A DNA stretch of 64,000 nt, from NCBI GenBank assembly GCA_951406725.2, contig OX597820.1, forward strand, positions 117,738,001-117,802,000, read 5' to 3'. Position numbers and translations under genes: made by a program. This document shows positions 38,144 through 51,529 of the stretch, piece by piece; the stretch's first letter is position 1, and every line of letters begins with the position of its first letter. The notes beneath the pieces are model-generated. The model was given only the letters and a program-made list of their open reading frames with translations. It had not been told where the DNA came from and did no database searches. This DNA comes from Octopus vulgaris. Its lineage: Eukaryota.

Positions 38144-39570
38144 CTCTGCTGTATTTTTATTAATTAATTCATTAACTTTTAAGCATGAAAATGCTTATTT
38201 TACCATAGAAATAATTAAAATCTAAAATATATAAATACCTATCATCCGCAGAAACCCGTAATATACTGAAGAGTCTGCGATTTAGATTTACATATATTAG
38301 CCAGAAAAATCCGCGATGTTCTGAGAGCGCGGTAGGTGACCTGCAATATGGCGAGGAATTACTGTACTATTTTTTATCGTTTAAACAGCATCCAGTAGAG
38401 GGACCCTGGCTAGGAAGTTCCAGGGTTTTGAGGAGTGCGGACCACCTCTTAACCACTATTGTTCCTAGGTCTACTCTAACCCGGAGTAGTAACACCTGTC
38501 AGGGTCCTTGCTTTAGGTTAATTAGCATGTTGGGGAAGAAAGTCCAAGCACAAACCCTCAGTGCCCAGCGAAAGAAAAAAAGTCAGCCCCGACAGCTGAT
38601 CAAGGAGAGAAGTCCTTCGCGCGGTCTGTCACAATCTACTACCGTTGCTGACACAGATGAGCTGCTTCACTGCTTCGCTTGGCTTAACTATCTTTTTCTT
38701 GTTGCTACGAATAACGACATTTTTGCTAACAATAAATATTGGTTTCAAATTTTGGCACAAGCCCAGCAAATTTGGCGAAGGGTTTAAGTCTGTTATATTG
38801 GTCTCAGTCTTCAACTAGTGCCTACGTTATCGACTTTGAAATTATGAAGGACAAAGTCAACCTCGGCAGTATTTGAACTCAGAATGTAAAGACAGACAAA
38901 ATGCTGTTAATTATTTTGCCCCGCGTGCTAATGATTCTGTCGCCTCACCGCCTTAATAATAACTGGGGTCGATGTAATCGACTGAATCCCTTTGAATTTG
39001 TTTGTCCCTTCTATGGTTAGCTCCCTGTGGGCAATAAAGAAAAGCATTTTGTAGGGCCAAAGAAGAAGATTAAATCACGCGATGGCTTGACGCTAATTGG
39101 TCGCTTAATAGACCGATGGTTTGCTCGTGATGTCTGACCGCATATTTGGGGATTAGGTTTCGAATTCCTGGTACAGTTTTATCGCATCTTCACACATGAC
39201 TTTCTGGGGTTACACTTTACACACACCAGCATCGGTTGTTGAGCGGAGAAACAGACAAATAAACACATACATACATACATACATATATAATTTCAGCAAA
39301 AACAATTAAGATTCAAGAGAATTCAAATGAATATGGTACTTAACTTAGATGCACCAAGATTCTTTATGGTATTAACCATAAAATTATGTGGGGTGATTAT
39401 AACCAAGAAAAAAGCAACAAGAATGGATCGGTAAATTAGTACAATTGTTTCATACTAAAAACATTTAATTTCAAGCTGCAAATATTACAGCAAATATAAT
39501 GTCAAGTATTCATCATCTAAATCACATATAGATTTTCCATATATTCTTAGAGAGTGTAAATATCCTTATG

Positions 39571-39939
39571 TGGAGGCGCAATGGCCCAGTGGTTAGGGCA
39601 GCGGACTCGCGGTTTCGATTCCCAGACCGGGCGTTGTGAGTGTTTATTGAGCGAAAACACCTAAAAGCTCCACGAGGCTCCGGCAGGGGATGGTGGTGAT
39701 CCCTGCTGTACTCTTTCACCACAACTTTCTCTCACTCTTACTTCCTGTTTCTGTTGTACCTCTATTTCAAAGGGCCGGCCTTGTCATTCTCTGTGTCACG
39801 CGGAATATCCCTGAGAACTACGTTAAGGGTACACGTGTCTGTGGAGTGCTCAGCCACTTACACGTTAATTTCATGAGCAGGCTGTTCCGTTGATCGGATC
39901 AACCGGAACCCTCGTCGTCGGAACCGACGGAGTGCTTCC
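39571..39939 (+). mobile_element. tRNA-derived SINE family 3
   Basis: Head GGAGGCGCAATGGCCCAGTGGTTAGG..TTCGATTCCC; 13-bp TSD AAATATCCTTATG; other copies at 61846-62221(-) and 54750-55050(+). Confidence 0.85.
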
Positions 39940-41088
39940 AAATATCCTTATGAAGTTCTAGGAGTGAGTTGCATGAATCTAAAGTAAGATTCCAAGCAGA
40001 CTATATATGTTTTTCAACAATACAAAGTTTTTAAATTGATTATTGACATCCCAGAGAAGATAAATCTACTCATAAAGATGTGGGTATAAGTTCCAAGAGG
40101 CATGAGGAAAGTTGCTGGTTATACCACGGTTAAGTTCGCATCTAACTGTTGTAGACAAAATTCTATAATAGCAAGAAAGACAGCGGGGTAGGTTTGGCTC
40201 TACTCCGCTGTCAACAAAATCTGCGGCGGGGTATTAAACTGTACTTATGCCTTTTTTCAATAAAAGCTAACGTTTATTTCCGTTACATTTTTAAAGGAAG
40301 TGGTTAACGGATTAACGAAAATAACTTTTCGATTAACGGTGCCCACGCAGACACATACACACACGCACACACACACATACGCACACACACATATACATAT
40401 TCATATATATATATATATATATAAATATTAAAATTACTAAGTCTCTCTAAAGGAGATTACGGCAGCGTTACTGGATATTTGTAAGATATTTGTTGTTTTT
40501 CTTCAATTTCTGCAATTTCAACCAATCAATGACGTCTATTGAGGTGAAAACATTCTGTGCCGTATGAATATGTCCCTCGTTTAAAAAACAGATTGGGTTT
40601 ATTTACATTTCTGAAGAAAAAAAGATATACCCCTTACCCCCACCCCTAACCCTAACTCTAAAACAGATTGAAATGCAATAGATCGATTTATATATATATA
40701 TATATATATATATATGCATATAAGTGTATGCATATATGTATGTGTCTGTGCTTGATTTGTTTACATCCACATAACTTAGCGGTTCGGTGAAAAAAACTGA
40801 TAGAGTGAATACCAATTAAAAAAACCGCAAGTAATGGGGTCGATTCGTTTGGCTACTATCCTTCGAGGTAATGCCCCACCATGGCCGTAGTCCAAAGACT
40901 GGGAAAAGATAAAGGATAATGCCAGTATATGGGTCTAGATACCAAAGAGAGAAAAAAAAAGCAGTCTTTATTAGATTATAAAGTACGAACACCGCAAAAG
41001 TAAGAAAGGCAAGCTACTCCGAAAACAGAGTTCGTTAGATGCTTACTTAAGAAGAAACTTAAAAACGAATTAAAAATTAACTTCGTGA

Positions 41089-41104
41089 GAAAAGAAAAAA
41101 AAAA
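41089..41104 (-). terminator. RNA polymerase III oligo-T terminator of tRNA-Glu
   Basis: T10 run starting a few nt after the tRNA 3' end on the minus strand. Confidence 0.8.
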
Positions 41105-41108
41105 GACT

Positions 41109-41180
41109 TTCCCAAGCGGGGAATCGAACCCCGGCCGCCGCGGTGAGAGCGCGGAATCCTAACCACTAGACCACTTGGGA
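41109..41180 (-). tRNA. tRNA-Glu, anticodon CTC
   Basis: 72 nt TCCCAAGTGGTCTAGTGGTTAGGATTCCGCGCTCTCACCGCGGCGGCCGGGGTTCGATTCCCCGCTTGGGAA; all four stems pair; A and B boxes intact; TATA-like tract about 25-35 bp upstream. Confidence 0.95.
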
Positions 41181-41683
41181 TGTCGACGACAGCTGGCTTA
41201 TTTTACTTATATATATTGTATCCTCGTGCGTAATTAGTTTCTTTTTCATTTATTAATTATTTTTAACACTTTCAACTTTTAAATTCCAATTTCTGACACG
41301 ATTGTGTATATCGTAAAAGATCCAGAAATTAATCAATTTAAGAAATAATTAAGGAATTATTAAGGTATATATTAACAGAAGATTTATAGAACGTCGCTTG
41401 TGGTGGTCACCTCTTTTATTACGTATTTATGGTGATCATTGCTATCATCACTGGTCTTGTGCCAAAATTTGAAATGATTATTATTATTATCATTATTATG
41501 CATAATTACTGCTATGATGATATCCAATATACAGTAAAAATAAAGCTAAGTGATAAATTAACCGGGAAAAGAATTTTTGGCGGGTATTCGGATTTTAGAA
41601 TTTGATATTGATCTTCGGATTACGACCTTAATATCCGATGGGATCGAAACATTGCCACAAGGTATTAGGTGAAAAAAAAAATG

Positions 41684-42106
41684 GGCGATCTTTCGTCTCT
41701 AGTAGACCTTTCCGTCGATTTCCGTAAAAATTTTTTTTTTTTTTTACATATGGGCTTGCGGGAACTTTTGAAGTAATATACATACATATACACATACACC
41801 GAGTAAAAAATTTCAGTTATCTCTTTCTTTCACACATTACTCTGTCTCTTCACACACACTAACAGAAGCACTTCACTTACACAACATACTGTCTGTCTCC
41901 CACACCCCATCAAACACACACACACACACATGTCCATCAATGCTCCCATGCACGGTAACTTCAAAAGAACTTCCCTCGTCATACAATCGCTTTCTCTTAG
42001 TCTCTTTCGCTCTTATTACTTCAAAAGTTCCCGCAAGCCCATATGTAAAAAAAAAAAAATTTTTACGGAAATCGACGGAAAGGTCTACTAGAGACGAAAG
42101 ATTGCC
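41684..42106. mobile_element. MITE with about 95-bp TIRs (GG termini, 8-bp TSD; Merlin-like)
   Basis: GGC(G/A)ATCTTTCGTCTCTAGTAGACCTTTCCGTCG arms; TSD AAAAAATG. Confidence 0.8.
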
Positions 42107-43233
42107 AAAAAATGAAATTACGGAATGAGGGGACGCAATATAAAAATACTAGAATTTTGAAAAATTGCCTATTCCGAAACTAACTCTTGTAGTTTGTTGT
42201 TTCACGTCAGATAAAATGTGATCGATGAAACTGACGATCAAAGGCTTTCCAGCCGTGACTGTCCTGTCTTGTAGGAAACCCGGGATCATATTAATATCCA
42301 ACGCATCCTTAGACAATGGGGTAGAAATTGAGGGAACTTGGCTGCATTTCTTGGAAGTCTGGTGTTAACCAAGCGTCTAACCACGGAAATAATTTGGAAT
42401 AAATCTTTACTAAGAAATTAATAATTACATTTATTTTTAGGATGAATTTTTGTTAAAGTCAAAAACCAAACAAAATTAACATTGACGATTGAGTTTTAAT
42501 TTCTGACATATTTCCCAATTAATATACGTTCGCAAAGGTCAGATTTCTGCTGCTGTTTGTAGAATGTCGCGAATAAAAATGTTTAATAATTTAATAGTCT
42601 TATGCACACATATCTGCACAGGAGAATTAAAAATTATTGCCGATTTTAGCAGTTTTGTAACTTCTTGCAGAACCCCTGGACTGTACTCGCGGAACCCTGG
42701 TTGAAAGCCACTGATCTAAGTACTGGTACTTTATCTTCGAGGAGAAATGGTATTTCGGCAACGGTCAAAATCTCCTTTCTTATATTAGTAATTAAAATCT
42801 ACCAAACAAGCAAGAAAAAAAATCTCAGGATAAAAATCAAAATCGCCGGAGTTCATGTTCGTTAGGATCTGTCCTGTATATTAGAGTCCCAGGAAAATTT
42901 AGATGTGAGCTATCGATCAGACGTTCAATAAATAAAATAGATTTGATTATTACATGGAAAAAAAATTATGAATTCAATGCAAATGACAACTTTAATAAGT
43001 TATTTGATTCTCTTCTTTTTTCTTTCTCTCTTTATTTTTCTCTTTAATTTTTTAAACTGTGTTCTCTGTTTTGTTCAATTTTCTAATTTAATTTAGTAAA
43101 ACAGAATAAATAAAGTGAAAATGGTTTTAAAAGTTATTTGGATGGATATATATAGGGTGAAATAAACAATAAAATGTGGACATTAATTTATGCCCCAGTC
43201 TTATGTTATAATCCATAATTTTTTAACTGAACA

Positions 43234-43274
<41 letters not shown>

Positions 43275-43984
43275 ACATCGTCATCATCATCATCGTCATG
43301 TTACGTCTGCTCTCCATGCTAGCATGGGTTGGACGATTTGACTGAGGACTGGCGAACCAGATGGCTGCACCAGGCTCCAATCTGATCTGGCAGAGTTTCT
43401 ACAGCTGGATGCCCTTCCTAACGCCAACCACTCCAAGAGTGTAGTGGGTGCTTTTACATGCCACTGGCACGAGGGCCAGTCTGGTGGTACTGGCAACAGC
43501 CACGCTTGAAATAGTGTTTTTTTACGTGCCACCTCCACAGGAGTCAGTCCAGCGGCACTGGCAATGACCTCGCTCGAATGTTTTGTTCACGTCCCACCGG
43601 CACAAGTGCCCAGTAAGACAATGCTGGTAACGATCATGCTCAAATGGTGCTTTTTTATGTACCACCGGCACGGAAGCCAGACAACTGCTCTGGCAGTGAT
43701 CCTGCTCAGATGGGGCTGTCAGCGCTCCTCTGGCTCAGGTGCCAGTCATCAAATTTGGTTCAATTTCGATTTTCACTTGCCCCAACAGGTCTTTGCAAGA
43801 AGAGTTTAGTGTCCAATGACGGGCTTCTTTCAGTTTTCTTGTACCAAAACCACTCACAAGGCTTTGGTTGGCCCAAAGCTACAGTAGAAGACACCTTTAT
43901 GTATTTATAAACATTGTGTTTCTCTTTTCATCTCTCCTAGGTAACAATTAAATCTATTTTGTTTGCATAAAGCTGTACTGGGGG

Positions 43985-44070
43985 CGTGGCTGTATGGCAC
44001 AGGTGTGGCTGTAAGGCACAGGTGTGGCTATATGGCACAGGTGTGGCTGTAAGGCACAGGTGTAGCTGTG
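43985..44070 (+). repeat. 19-bp tandem repeat made from the SINE family 1 head
   Basis: GGCACAGGTGTGGCT(G/A)TA(A/T) x4-5, then continues into SINE sequence CCAACCACATGGTT. Confidence 0.8.
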
Positions 44071-45885
44071 TGCTCCCCAACCACATGGTTTCGGGTTCAG
44101 TACCTCGGTGTGGGTCTCAAAAGTCAGTTTTTGTTGACCAGGAAAAATTCATTTGAAAAGACAGGCAACATGTGTATATGCATGTAGTACCACCTGTCCT
44201 ATGCAAACACTATTGTCCTTTTTTTTTTCCAAAAGTGTGCACATCTGTCAGATTGAAAACTCATTTTGGATAAATGCACAAAGATGCAGCCCTTGTTTGT
44301 TTGATTGTGTCCTTGACCAAATTTGTTGCCACGTTTGTTGTAAAAAAAGTCAATAGCAGGAGTGGCTGTGTGGTAAGTAGCTTACTAACCAACCACATGG
44401 TTCCGGGTTCAGTCCCACTGTGTGGCATCTTGGGCAAGTGTCTTCTGCTATAGCCCCAGGTCGACCAATGCCTTGTGAGTGGATTTGGTAGACGGAAACT
44501 GAAAGAAGCCTGTCGTATGTATGTGTATATATATATATATATATGTGCATGTGTGTTTGTGTCTCTGTGTTTGTCCCCCTAGCATTGCTTGACAACTGAT
44601 GCTGGTGTGTTTATGTCCCCGTCAATTAGCGGTTCGGCAAAAGAGACAGATAGAATAAGTACTGGGCTTACAAAGAATAAGTCCTGGGGTCGATATGCTT
44701 GACTAAAGGCGGTGCTCCAGCATGGCCACAGTCGAATGACTGAAACAAGTAAAAGAGTAAAAGAGAGTAAAGAGCAAGTCACAGTAATGTAGGTATTTAA
44801 GAAATTCTACTTTATTGTTAATAAATGAAATACTAACATCTGCCGCACGCTGTGCTGCACTGGTCAGACGGTCATTTACTTCTTGCAAGGTGTTGCATGA
44901 ACACCACTAAACAACAAACTTTATTGATCGCCTCAAATCTATAATATAAAACTTTAACTTCAATCCTTAGTTGTTTTGAAAACAGGCAAACTTATATTGT
45001 AAAATATATAATTACAGGTGTGGATGTCAGGTAAGAAGCTTGTTTCCCAACCACATGGTTCCAGGTTCACTGCATAGCGTCTTGGGTAAGGGTCTTATTC
45101 TATAGCTTCAGGCTGACCAAAGACTTGTGAGTGGATTTGGTAGACGGAAACTGAAAGAAGCCTGTTGTGTGTGTTTGTGTGTGTGTCTGTATTTGTCCCC
45201 CACCACTGCTTGACAATGGGTGTTGATGTGTTTACATCTTAGCAAACTTAGCAGTTTGGCAAGAGGGACTGATAGAATAAGCGCCAGACTTAGGAAAAAA
45301 GTAAGCAGTGGCGTCAGTTCATTGAACAAAAGAATTCTTCCAGGCAGTGCCCCAGCATGGCCACAGTCAAATGACTAAAACAAATAAAAGGTAAAAGAAT
45401 CATGCAATTAACCAAACCTTCTTAGAATTTCTGGCCTTTTGCAAAAATTTGAAAGTATTGTTGTCATACAATTTGATGTGACATTATTCTCGGGTCTGTA
45501 AGGGTGGCTCAGATGGTAACCTGCTGAGCAGTAATTCATTTTACTGACAAATTTTATTGATTCAAATCCTGCAAATCAGCTTTGACATTTTATTTTATCT
45601 CACTGTTGTTCAGCAGAAAATGTTTAGCTGTTCCAATGCATCATCTTGGTGTGCTTAGATACAAATTATTTTTATGCAATAAGCACCATCGAACGTGGCT
45701 GATGCCAGCGCCGCCTAACTGCCATCCATGTCGGTGACACGTAAAAAGCACCAACCAATCGTGGCCGTTTGCCAGCCTCCTCTGGCCCTTGTGCCAGTGG
45801 CACATAAAAAGCACCCACTACACTCTCAGAGTGGTTGGCGTTAGGAAGGGCATCCAGCTGTAGAAACACTGCCAGATCAGGCATT

Positions 45886-46003
45886 TGATGGAATCTATTT
45901 TCTGTACATTTTTAGAATTAATTGAACCTGAGCACCTTCCACACACAAAAACTATTTTCCCTGTTAACCTTCCTCTGATATTGCTACACCTCTTATGTAT
46001 CAT
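45886..46003 (-). mobile_element. LINE ORF fragment with PHD-like Cys/His motif
   Basis: IHKRCSNIRGRLTGKIVFVCGRC (H-x2-C ... C-x2-C), abutting an RTE-type tail. Confidence 0.5.
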
Positions 46004-46356
46004 ATATAAATTTGTGTGTGTGTGTGAGTGTATAAATACTGTAGTATATCAATGGCTGCCAATTGGTCTTCGAAATAATTCTATTTTTTTCCTTGTATCC
46101 TATAAACTAAGTGAAAACCCCATTGTTGTCGTCACGGCCCATTACAGTGCTTGGGTTTTCGTCAGTTGGTGACTTCTTGACTCTGTATAAACTTCATCAT
46201 CATCATCATTTAGTGTCCGCTTTCCATGCTAGCATGGGTTGGACGGTTCAACTGGGGTCTGGGAAGCCAGAAGGCTGCACCAGGCCCAGTCTGATCTGGC
46301 AGTGTTTCTACGGCTGGATGCCCTTCCTAACGCCAACCACTCCGTGAGTGTAGTGG

Positions 46357-46662
46357 GTGCTTTTTACGTGCCACCCGCACAGGTGCCAGACGGAGCTGGC
46401 TAACGGCCACGATCGGATGGTGCTTTTTACGTGCCACTGGCACGGGGGCCAGGCGAGGCTGGCAATGGCCACGATCAGATGGTGCTTTTTATGTGCCACC
46501 GGCATGGGGGCCAGGCGAGGCTGGCAATGGCCACGAACAGATGGTGCTTTTTACGTGCCACCGGCATGGGGGCCAGGTGAGGCTGGCAACGGCCACGAAC
46601 GGATGGTGCTTTTTACGTGTCACCGGCACAGAGGCCAGTCGGGGTGGCGCTGGCAACGGCCA
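46357..46662. repeat. About 62-bp tandem repeat (5 units) inside an RTE-type tail
   Basis: GGTGCTTTTTACGTGCCACCGGCA.GGGGGCCAGGCGAGGCTGGCAA.GGCCACGA.CGGAT units. Confidence 0.85.
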
Positions 46663-47809
46663 CGAAAAAAAAATTAGAACCTCACACCACCACCACCACC
46701 ACCGCCGCCGCGTAATTCAAAGTTGTTCATTTTGATATGGCTCAAGAGGCATGATGGACTTTTAAATGGAGATTGAGAAAAATTGTTTCAATTAGAAAAG
46801 CAACATTTCTAGAAAATAGTAAATTGAAGTGTGAACACAGCACCTTACAGAGTATAAGTATATGACATTTATTTTTAAAATTTAACTTCATTTGTTTTAT
46901 ATTCTAAATAATTTGCAATTTCAAAAAATATATTAATTTTGCGTTTTTTAATTTGATAAATTCTACGGAATAATTTTGCGCGTTTTTTGATAAATTCTAC
47001 GGAAAGAATTTAGTGCGAAAAATTTATACATTTATACACAAAGACCTGTTGAGGCAAGCGAAGTTGATATCGAACCTCATCCGACGACAGGCACCCATGC
47101 CAACCCCCTTTGCTTGCGAAGACATGTTGGGGCAAGTGTGACACCCAGCAAATGCCAGGACCCCTGGACTGGTGGTACGTAAAAAGCACTATCCGAATCG
47201 TGGCCGATGCCAGAGCCGCCTCGACTGGCACCAATCCGACCGTGGCCGTTGCCAGCCTCGCCTGGCACCTGTGCGGGTGGCATGTAAAAAGCACCCACTA
47301 CACTCTCGGAGTGGTTGGCGTTAGGAAGGGCATCCAGCTGTAGAAACATTGCCAGATAAGACTGGAGTCTGGTGCAGCCTTCTGGCTTCCCAGATCCTCG
47401 GTCGAACCGTCCAACCCATGCTGGCATGGAGAACGGACGTTAAACGATGATGATGATGAGAAGAAATTAATTCATTAAGTTTACCAAATTATATACGTCT
47501 GTAAAAAAAAAGTTTCACAAATTATATACGTTCGCGTTTGTGTAAAAAAAATTATTATTTAAGTTTTATAAATTATTTACTTTGTTCAAAAAATATTATT
47601 AATATTAATTAATTTTCAAGAATTATTTAATTTATATAATTAATTCATTAATTTTATTCTGTAAAATAGTAATTAATTCATTTATCTGTAAATCCGCGAG
47701 GAAAGCGACTATGTAATTTTTTTGTGTAAAATTGAAAATGTTATATATACACACACACACACACATATATATTTTTAGTGAAATCCAACACCTTTTTTTT
47801 TTAGAGGGG

Positions 47810-47930
47810 GGTTAACGCGCATGCGCGAATTCTGTACTGCGCATGCGCAAGTCACCTCGTAGGATCTCGAGTATTGAGTACCTACGTCTGGCGCGCGCGC
47901 GCGAATTCGCGTGTGCGAAACCGGGACCAC
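47810..47930. promoter_or_regulatory. CpG-rich patch with two NRF1-type palindromes
   Basis: GCGCATGCGC 47817-47826 and TGCGCATGCGCA 47838-47849 in an otherwise extremely AT-rich region. Confidence 0.5.
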
Positions 47931-49083
47931 GACAATAGACAAGTACCCCTTAATTATATATATGTATGTATGTATGTAGCTGCGTTTAGTTACTTCGGAT
48001 GTTTTTGAAATCAAACTGAGTGATTAAGAAAAAGTATGTTAGAATAAAAACGTTAGTCTTTGACTGAGCAGTCAAAGGGAGTGAACTCAGGCGAAAGTTT
48101 GATCATCGACTTTGCTTCTGCAGGAGCGACTGACGACAGTCTTTCCGCCGAGGTCGACTTTGCCTTTCATCCTTTCGGGGTCGATAATTAAGTACCAGTT
48201 ACGCACTGGGTCGATATAATCGACTTAATCCGTTTGTCTGTCCTTGTTTGTCCTCTCTGTGTTTAGCCTCCTGTGGGTAGTAAAGAAATAGGCATTAGTA
48301 GACATAGAAGGCGGCGAGCTGGCAAGAATCGTTAGCGCGCCGGGCGAAATGCTTAGCGGTATTTCGTCTGTCGCCACGTACTGAGTTCAAATTCCGCCGA
48401 GGTCGACTTTGCCTTTCATCCTTTCGGGGTCGATTAAATAAGTACCAGTTACGCACTGAGGTCGATATAATCGACTTAATCCGTATGTCTGTCCTTGTTT
48501 GTCCTCTCTGTGTTTACCCTCTTGTGGGTAGTAAAGAAATAGGTATTAGTTGACATAATTCACCCACTTTTCCAGCTTAACCCTCTTATCTATGTCATGA
48601 GTGAACGTTGTGTGGGTGACTGGCCTTGTCTACTAATACCGAAAGTTTGCCAGCAATCCTTCGGCATTGGTACACGACTTCATTCAGCCATCACAATCTT
48701 CCCTCATGATATAACGATGTTAGGCTGGAAAAAGAGGGTGAATGACATCGTCTTGCACCAACACGCTGTAGACCAATAACGAAGGATCGCCCAACTTTTA
48801 TCTTTAGGCCTTCCAACATCGTTGAGTGTTCAATATTATTACATCAAGATGTTCCTGAAAAAAGGAGACCAAAAAAAAATCGTCAAATTTCCCCCAAATA
48901 ACCTTTGTGTGTTTGTGTGTGTGTGTGTGTGTTGGCTGTGTGGTAAGAAGGTTTGCTTCCCAACCACATGGTTCTGGGTTCAGTCCTTCTGCGTGGCACC
49001 TTGAGCAAGTGTCTTCTACTATAGCCTCAGACTGACCAAAATCTTGTGAATGGATTTGGGAGACGGTAACTGAAAGAAAAACT

Positions 49084-49543
49084 ATGTATGTATGTATGTG
49101 TGTGTGTATGCATGTATGTATGTATGTATGTATGCATGTATGTATGTATGTATGCATGCATGTATGTATGTATGTATGTATGTATGTATGTATGTATGTA
49201 TGTATGTATGTATGTATGTATGTGTATGTATGTATGAATGTATGTATGTATGAATGTATGTATGTATGTGTGTATGTATGTATGTATGTGTGTATGTATG
49301 TATGTATGTATGTATGTATGTGTGTGTATGTATGTATGTGTGTGTGTATGTATGTATGTATGTGTGTATGTATGTATGTATGTATGTATGTATGTGTGTA
49401 TGTATGTATGTATGTATGTATGTATGTATGTATGTGTGTATGTATGTATGTATGTATGTATGTGTGTGTGTATGTATGTATGTATGTGTGTATGTATGTA
49501 TGTATGTATGTGTGTATGTATGTATGTGTGTGTGTGTGTGTGT
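49084..49543. repeat. (TATG)n/(TG)n microsatellite inside a SINE
   Basis: Direct reading; similar tracts at 32780-33087 and 56336-56580. Confidence 0.95.
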
Positions 49544-50449
49544 TTGTCTCCCCCCCTCGCTTGACAATCGATATTGGTGTGTTTGCGTCCCCGTAAGTTG
49601 GCGGTTCGGCAAAAGAGACCGATAAAATAAGTACTAGACTTACAGAGAATAAGTCCTGGGATAGATTTTGTTCGACAAGAGGCGGTGCTCCAGCATGGCT
49701 TCGGTCAAATGACTGAAGCCAAAGAAAATACAACAACAATATCCATCTCTTGTGTATCTGGAACACAGATCGATATTAAACGTACAAATGTACTTTCTCT
49801 TCTCTTATGATAGAAAATTGTCAACTAAGATTAGTGGCGGAGAAAGAATTAGTTATCGATGTCGTTATTGTGTGAAGTGCTGTAGGCGGTGAGCTGGCAA
49901 GGATCGATACCGTGCTGAATCAAATGCTTAGCAGCAATCCTTCTTGCTTTGTGTTTTGAGTTTGAACTCCGCCGAAGTCGACTTGGCCGTTGATCCGTTG
50001 GTGTTCGATAAAATAAGTACAACTGGCGCCCTTCTCACAAATTTTCAGGCTTTATGCTTTTTAGCAGAAAGAAATAATTGTATGGATGATGATGATGATG
50101 GCATTGTTGGTGGAGGGTTGGTTTGTGGTGCTCAGTGTTTTATAGGTTGTGAGTTCGATAAATGATTACATGCGAGAATATTGATTTTAACGTAAATGTT
50201 ATCAATATCATTTAATAAGTTATTTCAACCGTCGCTACGTTCTGAGTTCAAATTGCGCCGAGGTCGACTTTGCATTTCATCCTTTCGGGGTCGATTAAAT
50301 AAGTACCAGTTACGCACTGGGGTCGATCTAATCGACTTAATCCATTTGTCTGCTCCCCTTCTATGTTTAGCCCTCTGTAGGCAATAAAGAAATAAATATT
50401 TAATAAGTGGAAACTATCCTGGTCTGCCTCAAGCACGGGAATAATCCTT

Positions 50450-51180
50450 TATGCTATAGGCACAAGTCCCGAAATTTGAGGGGAGAGGACTAGTCGACCC
50501 CAGTACTCCATTGGTACTTTATCGACCTCGAAAAGATGAAAGGCAAAGTCGACCACGGCGGAATTTGAAATCAGAACGTAGCGACGGGCGAAATACCTAT
50601 TTCTTTACTACCTACAAGGGGCTAAACACACTGAGGACAAACAAGGACAAATAAACGGATTAAGTCGATTACATCGACCCCAGTGCGTAACTGGTACTTA
50701 TTTAATCGACCCCGAAAGGATGAATGGCAAAGTCGACCTCAGCGGAATTTGAACTCAGAACGTGATGGCAGACGAAATACCTATTTATTTACTACTCACA
50801 AGGGGCCAAACACAGAGAAGACAAACAAGGACAGACAAACGGATTAAGTTGATTATATCGACTCCAGTGCGTAACTGGTACTTATTTAATCGACCCCGAA
50901 AGGATGAAGGCAAAGTCGACCTCGGCAGAATTCGATCTCAGAACGTAGCGACGGGCGAAATACCTATTTCTATTTCCTTACTACCCACAAGGGGCTAAAC
51001 ATAGAGGGGACAAACAAGGACAGACAAACGGATTAAGTCGATTACATTGACTCCAGTGCGTAACTGGTACATAATTTATCAACCTCGAAAGGATGAAAGG
51101 CAAATTTGAACGGAATTTGAACTCAGAACGTAGCAACGGTCGAAATACCGCTAAGCATTTCGTCCGGCGCGCTAACCATT
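50450..51180 (-). repeat. Head-to-tail array of about 180-bp SINE family 2 bodies
   Basis: Unit ...GAAATACC/TATTTCTTTACTACCCACAAGGGGCTAAAC...GGAATTTGAACTCAGAACG repeated 3-4 times. Confidence 0.85.
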
Positions 51181-51529
51181 CTTTTTTAGACGTTATTGTG
51201 GGTTAAGGGAGATTTAGCTACTATTTCTAGCAGGTCGAGAAACTGACTTTTCTTCCTGTCATTGTATATATCATCTTACTAACTTCAGGATAGTTTATGT
51301 TTGACATATTTTAACTTCTAAAAGCAATTTCAATGCAGTTTATTGAGAAAAAAATTCTCGCCTATGGTAAAAAGTGTAAAAAACACTCTTGTCAGCTCAG
51401 TGGAACCTTCTCTCGGACCCCTAGTCGATAAAAATGTCTTTTACACCTTTTATTATCGGCGGGAACCATTTTTTTCGCAATAAACTGCAGTGAAATTGCC
51501 TTTAATTACTTAACGATACCCCTATTAAT

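Larger units (their letters stand above)
37183..38366. mobile_element. Tigger/pogo-like MITE hosting two nested MITEs
   Basis: Degenerate termini TACTGCAATCCTTCGCATATCGCGG ... GCAATATGGCGAGGAATTACTGTA. Confidence 0.55.

Noticed and set aside
39571-39630. tRNA-like sequences (also 62150-62221, 9090-9150 and SINE heads)
   Set aside because: A/B boxes are present but there is no closed acceptor stem; they continue into SINE bodies, some with TSDs
45604-45654. Possible minus-strand exon ending in GTGAG
   Set aside because: Stops in all three frames and weak AAG acceptor
46357-46662. Regularly spaced repeats resembling a CRISPR array
   Set aside because: The whole 62-bp unit is repeated with no unique spacers; eukaryotic locus with no cas genes
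48804-49766. 320-aa ORF and overlapping HTYI/MYVC-repeat ORFs (also 32671-33174 and 56306-56626)
   Set aside because: Translations of (CATA)n/(TATG)n microsatellites inside SINEs; no coding signal
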